Assembly: GCA_002811645.1 (NCBI GenBank) | Contig: PDIP01000095.1 | Location: forward strand, 1 to 38,002 | DNA from: Corallochytrium limacisporum Hawaii | Taxonomy: Eukaryota > Protista > Pluriformea | Direction of reading: 5' to 3' | Length of the DNA stretch: 38,002 nt | Shown here: in pieces, positions 1 through 10,208 of the stretch | How positions within the stretch are numbered: the first letter of the stretch is position 1 | Layout: each line of letters opens with the position of its first letter | Notes under the pieces: generated by a model | What the model was told of the DNA's origin: nothing | The model's input: the letters and a program-made list of their open reading frames with translations, nothing else | The model's database searches: none | Program-made: the position numbers and the translations under genes

Positions 1-16
1 ACCCTAACCCTAACCC
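1..16 (+). repeat. Telomeric repeat (CCCTAA)n = TTAGGG type; chromosome left end
   Basis: Window starts ACCCTAACCCTAACCC. Confidence 0.85.
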
Positions 17-847
17 AACCTGTCAAAGCACTCTGCCAAAATTGCACAGGCGCGATTCTCACCGGTTAAGAGGGAGACCGACCTAAACACCGAAGAGAGC
101 CAACAGTGATAAACGTGCCTAGTGTGGAGCAGAAGCATTTGGAGGATGCCCAAGCGCCTAAAATCAGTCTGTACATACAAGCCTATGGTTTACGTGAGAA
201 CCGGACAAGAACACCTTGCGCACTCTGGTGAATTTTATCTCCTTCTATCAGTCAAAAAACCTTTTTTGATTCCACTGAAGCATCTCGATTCGCACATAGT
301 TATTAAGTGCATATGTTGTACAATTAGAAGGGGTTCACCACTGCGAAGAATCGTACTAAAATTGTGAGCGCGGCTCCCTACCAGGGCTTAGCGCCTGCCT
401 AGTTGGGTACCAAACGAACTCCAGACCCTGTTTCCTACAACCGACAGCACAACTCAGTGGTCTCACCGCTAGAAAGTGTTCAAGTTAGGAACACAGGGAG
501 AAAAAGGTGGGACGGGGAGGGGGACTGCGCTCAATGGCCAATGGCGACAAGATGCGGACACTTCATCTTCTCTCTTCACCGACGATGTTTGACCCTGGTT
601 GTTTGAGCACCATTCCAAACGTACTTCTCATATGCCAAGCAAAGAAACATCTTATGTTGCGTAAATAGGCATTTCAATTGCCTTGAACTTCCGGTGCTGT
701 AGCGTCCGCTGCATTTGAGACAGTAGGTCGTGGAGTTGGGGGTGGGATGTAAATCAGTTGAGTCTGTGAGTGTGCAGTGTATGAAGGAACACTACTCGGT
801 TGGGGTAACATCTATCGGGAGTATGCACCAGCTGCTGGAGTCAATCC

Positions 848-1530
848 CTAAGAGTCAAGCATGAGCCAAGGCAACCGACACTCGCCATTGGCCTGCGAAT
901 CTGAGCATCTACCGACATGAACCATAATATGCCAAAATCATATATGGACCCCTAACCCTAACTAGAAACCCCTGGGCCCTAAGTCCTGCTGGTTTTATGG
1001 GTTAAACCCCTGTACCTCCCCATACCAACCAAGAAGGGATTTGGGTGTATATTTCTAGGTTTGATGACTCTCTTAGTTCTTACCAAGTTCCCCGGCGTGA
1101 TTTTTCTCTGCCCGCCCCCTATCGGCAACAACAAGCCCGCGAAATTCTTGCTTTCTATTGTTAGTGTTGGTGCGCTGGTGGTCTAGGGCCGAATTCTATC
1201 GATCGCCGCTGGCGGGTCTCATGACCAGACATTTTAAAATAGATACACTTCCCCTGGAATCCCTCGTTCCTCGACCCCTTCTTCCGTACCGCGGCAGAGG
1301 CACGGAACAGCCCCGCAGATCGCCAGTGCGGCTTCCTCAAGTATGGAAAGTAAGGGTGCATTATACAGTGACCGTGACTCGTTCAGTGGCATACATTGGG
1401 TAGCCAACTCGCCAACCTTGACTTTTGCCTGTTTTCATTCGAGGAGTTGCGCAACCTTGTAGCGCGCCTTAGAATGTGAGGGGCAGAGCAGTCCGTACGG
1501 ACCCGGTCGATCGCGGGTTCAGGGCAATTT
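848..1530 (+). ncRNA. Putative structured ncRNA; telomerase-RNA candidate (boundaries approximate)
   Basis: CCCTAACCCTAAC (950-962) preceded by a 9-bp hairpin (922-947) and followed by a long imperfect hairpin (962-1058), TTTTTCTC (1101-1108) and crossing helices (1136-1243); no credible ORF. Confidence 0.25.
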
Positions 1531-1681
1531 ACGTGCATTGTTTGTGAGCGCGCAAAGCGAGATGAGCTTTTGGCAGAGCATCTAATGCTTCCAACTATTT
1601 GAACTATGAACTCATGTGAATCTTGGCCACGAGACAGATATCAATGACTAATTATGAAGACTCGGGAATGGAAACGAAACC

Positions 1682-3178
1682 ATGAGTGAAAGGTTTGTTG
1701 TCATTGCGGTCTTCCTGGTGTTGATCGCTGCGGCATGGCTGGTGCTCCGGGCCCCAAAGCGATTACCGTTCCCTGGACCACCCAGAAAGCCATTGTTGGG
1801 CAACTTTTTGGAAATTGCGGCCTCGAGCAAAGTGCACCAAATGTACAAGTTTTCTGCGAAGGCTACGAAGGAATATGGAAGCGTCGTTGGCATCGAGCTC
1901 CTTTTTGGAGAGCAAGTTATTATTTGCGCTGATGGTGAGATTCTTAAAGAAGTTTTGAAGAATTGCGTGGGAGATGGGTTTATTAATCGAAGTGAGAGGT
2001 TTACCGATGCCATGAGCTTGATAACCAAGGGTCTTATTACGCTGGAGAGTGATAGGTGGCGAGCTCATCGCCGTCTTCTCATTCCCACCTTCAACACCCG
2101 TCGTTTGCGTGCCATTGTGGATATATCCTTAGATGCAACAGACAGATATATCAATGAATGGCGCGATAAATTTGAGAGCTCTTCTGTAGAGAAGATTCAG
2201 ATTAATGCGCATAGTGTAACCAACACAATTGCCCTTGATGTGCTAATGGAGGCGGTCTTCTCCTTGAATCCTGTAGACCATCATGATGAATTCGCAAAGA
2301 TTGCGCACGCAATTCACTTTCTCTCCGGGGCTGTCGCAACGAGAATCTCCGTTCCAAAGAAGATCTGGAAGCTTTTGATGTCCGACACTGCTGAAGTTTC
2401 AGAGCAGCGTGACTTCTATCATGACTTTGTCATGAAAATGATTCGACAACGGATGGATGAGGCTGAAAAATCTGAGGAGAAAGATATTGTGAGTCTTCTT
2501 GTCAACGAAGTGTTGAAAAATCATGACCAAGCTGGTAGTAAGTTTTCTGAGGAGGATATTTTTGAAGAGGCGTCTATGTTCTTTGCCGCCGGTCACGAAA
2601 CGACCGGGAACACGATTTGTAATCTCTTGTACTATGTGTCCAACAGACCTGACGTACAGAAAAAGATGCGAGAGGAAGCTATCGCCGCTGACATCGAAAT
2701 TCGTGGTTATGATGCCTTGGATGATTTACCGTACATTGGTGCCTGCATCAACGAGACGTTGCGAGTACATGCTACGGCTCCTATATCTTCCCGTCGTCTG
2801 GCGCAGAATATGGATATCAAAGGTGTGGATGTGCCTGCTGGAACGCTTATCTTTATCAACTTTTACTCTTGTAACAGGAACAAGGAGTATTGGGGACAAG
2901 ATGCTGAGGAGTTCCGCCCCGAACGCTGGCTTGAAAAGCCAGATTGGTCTCCCAAGCCCGGAAGTTTCTATGGCTTTGGCGCAGGTCCCCAGGGCTGTAT
3001 CGGGGAGCGCATGAGTCGCTTGGAAATGAAATCTGTGTTGGCGAGGATCATGCCACTCTTTGAGTTCAGCCCTGCGTTTGACTGGAATGACCCGAGTCAA
3101 CATCCGCGATCTGTCCATAGCATCACCCTTGGATTTAAGGAAGGACTTCCTCTGTATGTCACTCCCATTCAGTCATAG
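1682..3178 (+). CDS. Cytochrome P450, membrane-anchored (CYP4-clan-like)
   Basis: N-terminal TM plus PFPGPP hinge, I-helix AAGHETT, K-helix ETLR, PERW, heme motif FGAGPQGCIG. Confidence 0.97.
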   Translation: MSERFVVIAVFLVLIAAAWLVLRAPKRLPFPGPPRKPLLGNFLEIAASSKVHQMYKFSAKATKEYGSVVGIELLFGEQVIICADGEILKEVLKNCVGDGFINRSERFTDAMSLITKGLITLESDRWRAHRRLLIPTFNTRRLRAIVDISLDATDRYINEWRDKFESSSVEKIQINAHSVTNTIALDVLMEAVFSLNPVDHHDEFAKIAHAIHFLSGAVATRISVPKKIWKLLMSDTAEVSEQRDFYHDFVMKMIRQRMDEAEKSEEKDIVSLLVNEVLKNHDQAGSKFSEEDIFEEASMFFAAGHETTGNTICNLLYYVSNRPDVQKKMREEAIAADIEIRGYDALDDLPYIGACINETLRVHATAPISSRRLAQNMDIKGVDVPAGTLIFINFYSCNRNKEYWGQDAEEFRPERWLEKPDWSPKPGSFYGFGAGPQGCIGERMSRLEMKSVLARIMPLFEFSPAFDWNDPSQHPRSVHSITLGFKEGLPLYVTPIQS

Positions 3179-4427
3179 AATCAGTACACACACCTCATCC
3201 GGATACTCTGTAGCACACACATAGGTACTATATTATGTTACTAATTATATATACTGGTTCTTTTAAATTTTGCCGCTTATACTGCCTGCTTATGATTTCT
3301 CACCAATACGGCTGGGGAGGTCTTCGGGGGTTTGCTTGGTGGGCGCCAATGTATGTTGTGTGCGGCGAAAAACTTCGATTGGTCAGACCGCACAGTTCAT
3401 CTCCTCTCTACAGGCCGGCATACGCCACACTTGTGCCGGGGGTCACGCCCTGCAAATTCAACCAACCAAGCTCCCGGTTTGCACTGCTTTTACTTCAGTG
3501 ATACCAAGACTGAGGGTAATTTTAATGTCACACATTAGAAACGCCAGCTGTTGGTGTGGACACGGCGCCCGTTCCTTCGAGGCGTCAATACTTCATCGAG
3601 CGGCTGTACGAATAGGCGGCGAAACCGTGTGACGTCTGCTTCTCTAATCCCCGCCGTCCCAACACTCTTGTCGGTGTGGCTTTTCCGGCGCCTGCTTTTC
3701 TCACCACCCCACCCCAGTGTTTTTTCTTTTTCGTAGCGAAGGGGGAAGGGTGACTCTCGTCCCTCCGGTGCCCTCTCTGCCAATCCCAGTGTGCCTGAGT
3801 GGAATGTATGAAAGGCCGACCTCCCACCCCACACTCCTCGGGTCTGACGGAGGGAGGAGGTGAAAGAGAAACCGGGGGTGAGTGCAGAAGGCATCAGGTT
3901 AAAGACTTGGCCCGTAGGGTTGTAAGCCAGGCAGTCGTTGAGTGGGGTGATGTGTTACGGTTTTGACTGTATTTCCGTTGCTTGCTGGCGAAAGTGGCCG
4001 AAAAGAGGACCCGGGCAGTGGGGTTTGGGGCGTACGTGTTCTGGTGGTGACATCGGAAGAAACCGGGACGACTGTTTTTGTGTTTTTCCTTTGTGGACAG
4101 AGAAAGCGGAGTAGGTTTTAGTACGGAAGAGGGCTCACCGCTTCAGCCGACTTCGAGAACGAGGCCTTTTCCAAAGGGCAAATCATGAGCAGGAAAAGCT
4201 TGCGAAGAACAGGCATAACATTTTATCTGGTGGCTGGCCGCTTCTTGTGCTGGTAAGCCAACGGGAATAAGCTGTGCAATTCCAGGGCACTTCACACGTT
4301 TTGCAGATCCTGTTTGGTACAAGAACACGCAGCAGTAAGCGCAAGTGAATATATCCCAAAAACAACAGAACCGGAGGCAGGCGTTCACGTATCCGTGAGT
4401 CCTGCAGCGTACAAGTCAATCACAAAC

Positions 4428-5882
4428 ATGGGTCGCAAGGTGATCGTAAAGTTTGTCTATGAGCCGGAGGAGCCTGATGAGCTTGCGCTCCAGATTGGTG
4501 ACGTGGTGGAAGATGTGGTAGACATCGAAGACGACTGGGCCGAGGGTACTCTAAAGGGAAAGCGTGGTGTCTTTCCACTAAATTTTGTTGAGAATGCTCC
4601 GGAAGAGAAGCCTCGTCCTGCACCTGTCGCAACCAAACCGCCAACAAACTTTGGTGCTAAGGCTGCCAGTCCTCGCGGTTCTGATGCCAGCGCTTCACGG
4701 ATTGGTCGGTCTCAGTCAATCGGCGGTCGCCAGGTGCGTGCATTGCATGCCTTTGAGGCACAGGAGGAAGACGAGCTGAGTTTCGATGCGGGTGAGTTGA
4801 TCGTAAATGTGACGGACGAAGACGATGAGTGGCTGAAGGGCGAAGTACGCGGTCGGGTTGGCATTTTTCCTTCAAGCTATGTGGAAGATGTTACCATGCA
4901 GAGTCCCCCTCCGCAACTTGGGTCTGCTGCTGCACCGGCAGAGCCTGAGGAAGGCGACGATGGACGGCCTCGGGCTCCTTCCACATCAAAGAAGCCTGTG
5001 GGTGGGGTCAACGTGTTTGGGGGATTCGACCCTTCCAAAACTTTTCTCAAGAAGACCACCTCGCGAGAAGCAGCCGAGCAGCCGCCACCCCCCAAATCCA
5101 CAACCAATGGGTCTGCTGCACCTGATACTCGCAAGGCCATGAAGATTCTGCACAATTTTGAAGCCGAAAATAGTGATGAATTGCCCCTGAAGGCAGGTGA
5201 TATTGTAGAGGTTCTGGAAATTGATGCCGACGATGATCAGTGGGCGAAAGGACAGTGCAACGGAAAGAAGGGTCTATTTCCAATATCCTACGGTGAGGAC
5301 TGCAGCAACACTCTGTTGCCACCTCTTGCTGGTTCTGCCCCGACTACTAAGCGTGCCGTACCTCCTCCTGGTGAGGCCAAGCCAGCACCCGCTCCAGCCC
5401 CTGCTGTTGCTCCTGCTGTCTCAGCAAAGAAACCCCCTGTATCCGCAACTAAGCCTAAGCCCGCAGCTGCTGCGAAGCCTAGCACTCCTGGAGCATCCAA
5501 TGCGCCTGTGAAGGCATCCACTGTAGCACCCTCGGAGGAAGACGAAGATTTGCCTACATGGAAGAAGGAACTGCTTGCGCGCCGCAAGAACCGTGCTGGT
5601 GCCGGGAGCTTGGTCTCTAGCGCAGGCAAAGCTCAGAGCCCGCGCTCGTCTCCACGCACCACAGCACCTGCCGCTGCGGCCACGCCGCCGGTTACCGCCG
5701 CTGCAGCGGCCCCACCGAAGCCGATTGCAAAGCCTACTCCTGCTGCAGCGACACCCCCCGCTGCTGCATCGCCTCCCAGTGGTGACGATAGTGCCACCAT
5801 TGCCGCCCTAAAGGCTGAAATTGCTGCCTTGAAGACTGGCATGAGAGCCCTGGAAGCACGCTTGGATGCCGCTGGCTTGTAA
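4428..5882 (+). CDS. SH3KBP1: CIN85/CD2AP-like adaptor: three SH3 domains, Pro-rich region, C-terminal coiled coil
   Basis: Three SH3 domains (DEL...W.EG...G.FP.N(Y/F)V); KKPVGGVNVFGG linker like CIN85 KKVKGVGFG; C-terminal IAALKAEIAALK coiled coil. ATG 4428 preferred over the TTG at 4314. Confidence 0.85.
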   Translation: MGRKVIVKFVYEPEEPDELALQIGDVVEDVVDIEDDWAEGTLKGKRGVFPLNFVENAPEEKPRPAPVATKPPTNFGAKAASPRGSDASASRIGRSQSIGGRQVRALHAFEAQEEDELSFDAGELIVNVTDEDDEWLKGEVRGRVGIFPSSYVEDVTMQSPPPQLGSAAAPAEPEEGDDGRPRAPSTSKKPVGGVNVFGGFDPSKTFLKKTTSREAAEQPPPPKSTTNGSAAPDTRKAMKILHNFEAENSDELPLKAGDIVEVLEIDADDDQWAKGQCNGKKGLFPISYGEDCSNTLLPPLAGSAPTTKRAVPPPGEAKPAPAPAPAVAPAVSAKKPPVSATKPKPAAAAKPSTPGASNAPVKASTVAPSEEDEDLPTWKKELLARRKNRAGAGSLVSSAGKAQSPRSSPRTTAPAAAATPPVTAAAAAPPKPIAKPTPAAATPPAAASPPSGDDSATIAALKAEIAALKTGMRALEARLDAAGL

Positions 5883-6380
5883 AATGCACAATCAAGATAC
5901 AACACACGAATGCACACAACACACATATATACAGAGAAGTTTTGCACAGCTATGCAGAGTGAATCATACACTGAATCCGCCAGACCAAGAGAGCACACAT
6001 GGGTTTTGTCCGAGTGTGTGGTGCGCGGGAGTGAAATTTTATGGAGAGGGTGGAGAGCGGGCGTGAGGGAGGGACCGAATCGCGCGGTAGAGCGAATCTA
6101 GGCCCTCAATTGCTGCCGTCTCGGCCCGCGGTGGCCGGTCTTCTTCCTAGATGGTGCGTTGCATATGCGATTCATACCACTTGGTATAGACGACTCAAAT
6201 GACTGTCAAGGTTCTTGAGAGGTATATTTCAGTTGTTTCTTCTATCGCACTTAGCCGCCGATGACAAAAGGGCAGTTTCATTAGACTGAAAGAGAATTTA
6301 ATCAGCAAATTTAGCTGTCACTGTCATAAACTATTTCCGAAATGTGAGCAAGTCCTTGCTTTTTGGCATAGCAATGAAAG

Positions 6381-8009
6381 ATGGGCCATGGACCGAAGAA
6401 GAATAAATTGGCTACAGATAGGGATACCCGCGTACCAACACCAAGTCGCAGTTTCAGCAGAACTCCCAGCCGAACACCAGCTCGTAGCAGTAGGAGTTTG
6501 AGTGATGATGGACGCCGGTCATCAGTAAACAGTAGTGGACATAGGCGAACTAGCCCACTGACTAGTTCCCCTAGTCCTGGAGGACAACGCTTGGTAGCAG
6601 GTCTTAGTCGAAGTCGCAGTCCGGAACATAGCCGCGGCACTCGCTCACGCTCCGCAGGCGGGGAGCGGAGTAGTGCACGAAGTGGACTAGGGTCTATGTC
6701 CCAGGCGGCATCAGAGTCGCAGCCCCCTTCCATAGCGGCCCTAGGGCAACATCGAGTCGATGTGGAAGCGAAAAGTGTCATGAGCAGTGACGAGAGCTCC
6801 ATTGCCAATGGACAAACAGGAAATGAACCGAACTCTATGAAGGGCACTAGTGGCCGCCATGGACAAGTGGAGTCACTACATTCATTAAGCTTGGAACGAG
6901 TTGATGGGCATGGTGCGACTGGTGCCAGTCAAAGATTCAGTTTAGAAACCCACGCTGATGACGGCGATAAACATGGTGCTGGCCCTCGCTCGGGAGATGG
7001 TCACGGTGACAAAGTAGTAGTGGGAAAGACTACTATTCCCATTGTGGACCCGATGTCCATATTGGATACGACAAAACAGAGCCAGAATCCAATCTCATCT
7101 GGGCTTTCGGCGGTTTCTGCGGCCTCAACAGAAGCGGTAGTAGGTGCTGATGAAGAACCGTTCACTAGTGTGAGGAAGCGTCGTCGCAAGGCAAGTCCCA
7201 CAGATGACGAAGATGAAAAACGAGCGGCATCAAGGAAAGATGTATTGCCAATGGTTGGGGCCAAAGAATTCGAGTACGATGAAGGTACTGCGATCTCAAA
7301 AATACCTGAACGGCCTAAAACGTTGAAGCTGTCTGCTGTGGATGGCTCACGGCACCAAACCGGGATCGTAGGCTCAGAATCTGTCGTAGAAGTTCCAGGC
7401 ACGGCGGCGGTCCGAACGGCAGATGGTGGTCATATGGCTGGACCAACAGAGCCGGAACTTCCTCTTGCAGAGAGTGTGGTGGCCACCGGGCCCACCGCAG
7501 CCCCTGCACAAAGGCCGAAGGTTGAGAATAGCGGCCAGCCGGCATGGACTTGTTCGGCCGTCAACAATCAGAGGCAAGCAGGTAAGAAGCACTTGATCAC
7601 ACCAGGATCGATCGATCGATCAAAGGTAGTGCCGTTTTTGGTGCGCTGCTACAATAGTGCAAAGAACGGAGCATTCCACAGTATGGCCGAGTTTGGAAAA
7701 GGCAGGGCCCCTGTGGATGATGAGTTGATCTTCTATACGTGGATGGATGCCACCCTGAAGGAATTGGTAGGTCTGCTGAAGAGTGTATTTGAAAACTACG
7801 CAAGAAGAGGGGCAGAATTCCGCTTTCGTTCAGTCTATGTCGATCGCGCCGGTGAAGCTCAGTACCGAGATCTTGGAAGACTGACGAATGGGGTGCGTGG
7901 CCCTTTTGATTCTAAGACGCTTGGGCAATGCCGCTTCCAAATTGGAGATGCATTGGATGTCGCAGTATTCGTGCCTACATCACATGACGATACGGATTCA
8001 TCAAGGTGA
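6381..8009 (+). CDS. SAP18: SAP18 (Sin3/ASAP complex subunit) with a ~410-aa disordered N-terminal extension
   Basis: C-terminal IDRSKVVPFLVR...FYTWMDATLKEL...KTL..CRFQIGDALDVAV matches the SAP18 domain. Confidence 0.9.
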   Translation: MGHGPKKNKLATDRDTRVPTPSRSFSRTPSRTPARSSRSLSDDGRRSSVNSSGHRRTSPLTSSPSPGGQRLVAGLSRSRSPEHSRGTRSRSAGGERSSARSGLGSMSQAASESQPPSIAALGQHRVDVEAKSVMSSDESSIANGQTGNEPNSMKGTSGRHGQVESLHSLSLERVDGHGATGASQRFSLETHADDGDKHGAGPRSGDGHGDKVVVGKTTIPIVDPMSILDTTKQSQNPISSGLSAVSAASTEAVVGADEEPFTSVRKRRRKASPTDDEDEKRAASRKDVLPMVGAKEFEYDEGTAISKIPERPKTLKLSAVDGSRHQTGIVGSESVVEVPGTAAVRTADGGHMAGPTEPELPLAESVVATGPTAAPAQRPKVENSGQPAWTCSAVNNQRQAGKKHLITPGSIDRSKVVPFLVRCYNSAKNGAFHSMAEFGKGRAPVDDELIFYTWMDATLKELVGLLKSVFENYARRGAEFRFRSVYVDRAGEAQYRDLGRLTNGVRGPFDSKTLGQCRFQIGDALDVAVFVPTSHDDTDSSR

Positions 8010-8095
8010 ACAAATCTCTATACACGACATCTACTTCTTTAAAGGCTATTTTCTTTACCATTCAATGAGAATGGAGCTTACGGAGAGTCCTTCAC

Positions 8096-9028
8096 TTATA
8101 TCTTCTTCGGCAACTTTGTTCCAGTGTAGCAAAAACACTCGATGACATCAGCCCCATCATCAGCCATAAAATCACCTAGTACAGAACTCACCGACCAGCT
8201 CAGCTCTCTGCCGTTCACACACTCGCGTAGCATTGACAAGCGCATGTCCGGATCGTCCGCAGTGTAGCTGGCAATGGTGCCTTCCGGGGCCAACACAGTC
8301 TGAACCCCAAACAGCACCTTATCAATCCTTTCAATGTAGTCGCCATCTGGCGATCCGTAAATCATTGCATCAAGCGTACCCTTGTCAATCAACAGATCCA
8401 CTGATTCTGGCTCGAGCATGTCCGTAAGCTTCACGATGTTCCCGTGGACAAAGTTCAACCGCGGTGGTTGAAGCAACGCCCGCTCATCATGCACATGTAC
8501 TCGCCTCCGCATAAGATCCAGGCATTTACTGCTGAAATCAATAGCAGTGTAGGATGTCACAAGCTTCTGATTCTGGGCCATGTGCAGGCATACGTCGCTA
8601 ACGCCGCACCCGAGTTCGACCACACGCAACGGCCTACCGCCATTCTTCGCTAACAGTCGCCGCCCTATTGCGGTCAACGACTTTCCCAGGCCGGTCTCCC
8701 AGCTCAAGTACCACTCTCTGTGCTGGAGAGATTGAAGCTGTTCAGTGACCGAGACCTTTTCAATATCTGACAATGGAGTTGACAGTAGGTTTTCAAGTCT
8801 GTCAGAGCTGCTGTACCGCTCATCCCAGAAGGCCTGGTCTGCCAGTCGGTGTCCCCAACGAGTTGATCCACCGCTCCCGTCGGTGGTACTGAAGCCTCGC
8901 AAGAAGAGCTTGGGATACGACAGTCTCTGTTGGACGTTCTGCATCACTGACCCCGTTGTCCATCGGTTCGTTCTGTGCACGAGCCTGAACATGGCTGTTG
9001 TGGTAACACATTTTCTTTTGCCGTACAT
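8096..9028 (-). CDS. CSKMT: Class I SAM-dependent protein-lysine methyltransferase, CSKMT/METTL12-like, probably mitochondrial (alternative start ATG 8992)
   Basis: LADQAFWDERY, EWY, VELGCG, LIDKGTLDA, YTADDPDMRL (cf. FSDEDPDVRL); Arg-rich, acid-free N-terminus. Confidence 0.8.
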   Translation of the reverse strand: MYGKRKCVTTTAMFRLVHRTNRWTTGSVMQNVQQRLSYPKLFLRGFSTTDGSGGSTRWGHRLADQAFWDERYSSSDRLENLLSTPLSDIEKVSVTEQLQSLQHREWYLSWETGLGKSLTAIGRRLLAKNGGRPLRVVELGCGVSDVCLHMAQNQKLVTSYTAIDFSSKCLDLMRRRVHVHDERALLQPPRLNFVHGNIVKLTDMLEPESVDLLIDKGTLDAMIYGSPDGDYIERIDKVLFGVQTVLAPEGTIASYTADDPDMRLSMLRECVNGRELSWSVSSVLGDFMADDGADVIECFCYTGTKLPKKI

Positions 9029-10208
9029 ACTATGCTCCGTACCACAGTCATTTTGGCATTGGAAGGCTACAGTTCACATAGAACTTTCATCCCACGCAGA
9101 TCGTAAATACATGCTGCAAAATACCAAAACTCAGCAACTTGAGCCAACTCCACGATCCTACAGCACCCAATGCCTCTTGCCACCAAACTCGTCGTCAGAG
9201 GCCCCCGGATACCGTGCACTGTCATTGTTGTCCCGTTCTGCCTCCAAACACCGGTGTGAGTTCTTTCCTTCCTGCGTTCCTTCCAGTTCTTCCGGCGCAA
9301 CCAACCAACCCAGTTCCACTAGAACCAGAAAGGGTGGGGAAGGCGGAACTAGATTCGGCAGGGGATTGGACGCGCTCTGGAAACTCCATCTACCAACCTA
9401 AGGTGAAGCATTGCCCACCTTTCTAGATGCCGTCCCATCACGTGCCGAAATCCCCAATTCTCTCCGGGAGTTGACGTGTCGGAAAATGGGCTCCCCTAAG
9501 TGTGAAATAGGTGCGGTGGGTTGGTTTCGGGGAAGGAGGCTTTCTTGATTGTACAAACCACTGTGCGACAAAATGTCTAAGTGAGCTCGCTCAAATCACT
9601 CGGGACACCGGTTCCTTATCCCTGTCATGGGCGCCAGTTTGGGCATCTTACCAATTTTTGCCAATGACATACTAGGTGGTATTGTTTGAATCTTAGAGAG
9701 GTCAGCATCCAATACCCACCGACAGGACTCCGGTATTAACACGGGCGGATACATCCCGCAGGAAAGCCCAGGGGAGTCCCAGGGGCTCTAGAATGACTTT
9801 GAAGGAGCTCTCGACATTGTTGGAACTCGGACTGACCTATCAACCCGGTTTCGTTCACTACTGCAAAGCACGTTAACGAGATAGCCAGGCTGGCTATTGT
9901 TTCACAAGGTTAGCAAAAGTGTACGCGTTTGGACGGGACCTATTGCGTAATGGGCTTTTCCCTACCCATTGACTGGCAGTTAGGATTCAACATCCTGTGT
10001 AGCAGGACCTCTGCACTTTGCGTAGAGATCTGACTGGTGCAAATTTCCTTTTCAATGGTCATCGAACCGTGCATACGAACTTGCGGGAAACTTCTGAAAC
10101 AAGTATGTATGCTCCCTTGAGAGCTTCTTAAACACTGCGTTATACGATGCAAGGCTGATTGTAGTGTACTCTATATCTATATGTATAATGAAATGAAGTA
10201 AACATAAA

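Noticed and set aside
9755-9795. RNase MRP P4-like words (GGAAAGCCC...GGGGCTC)
   Set aside because: They form a local hairpin and are far too close together for MRP architecture
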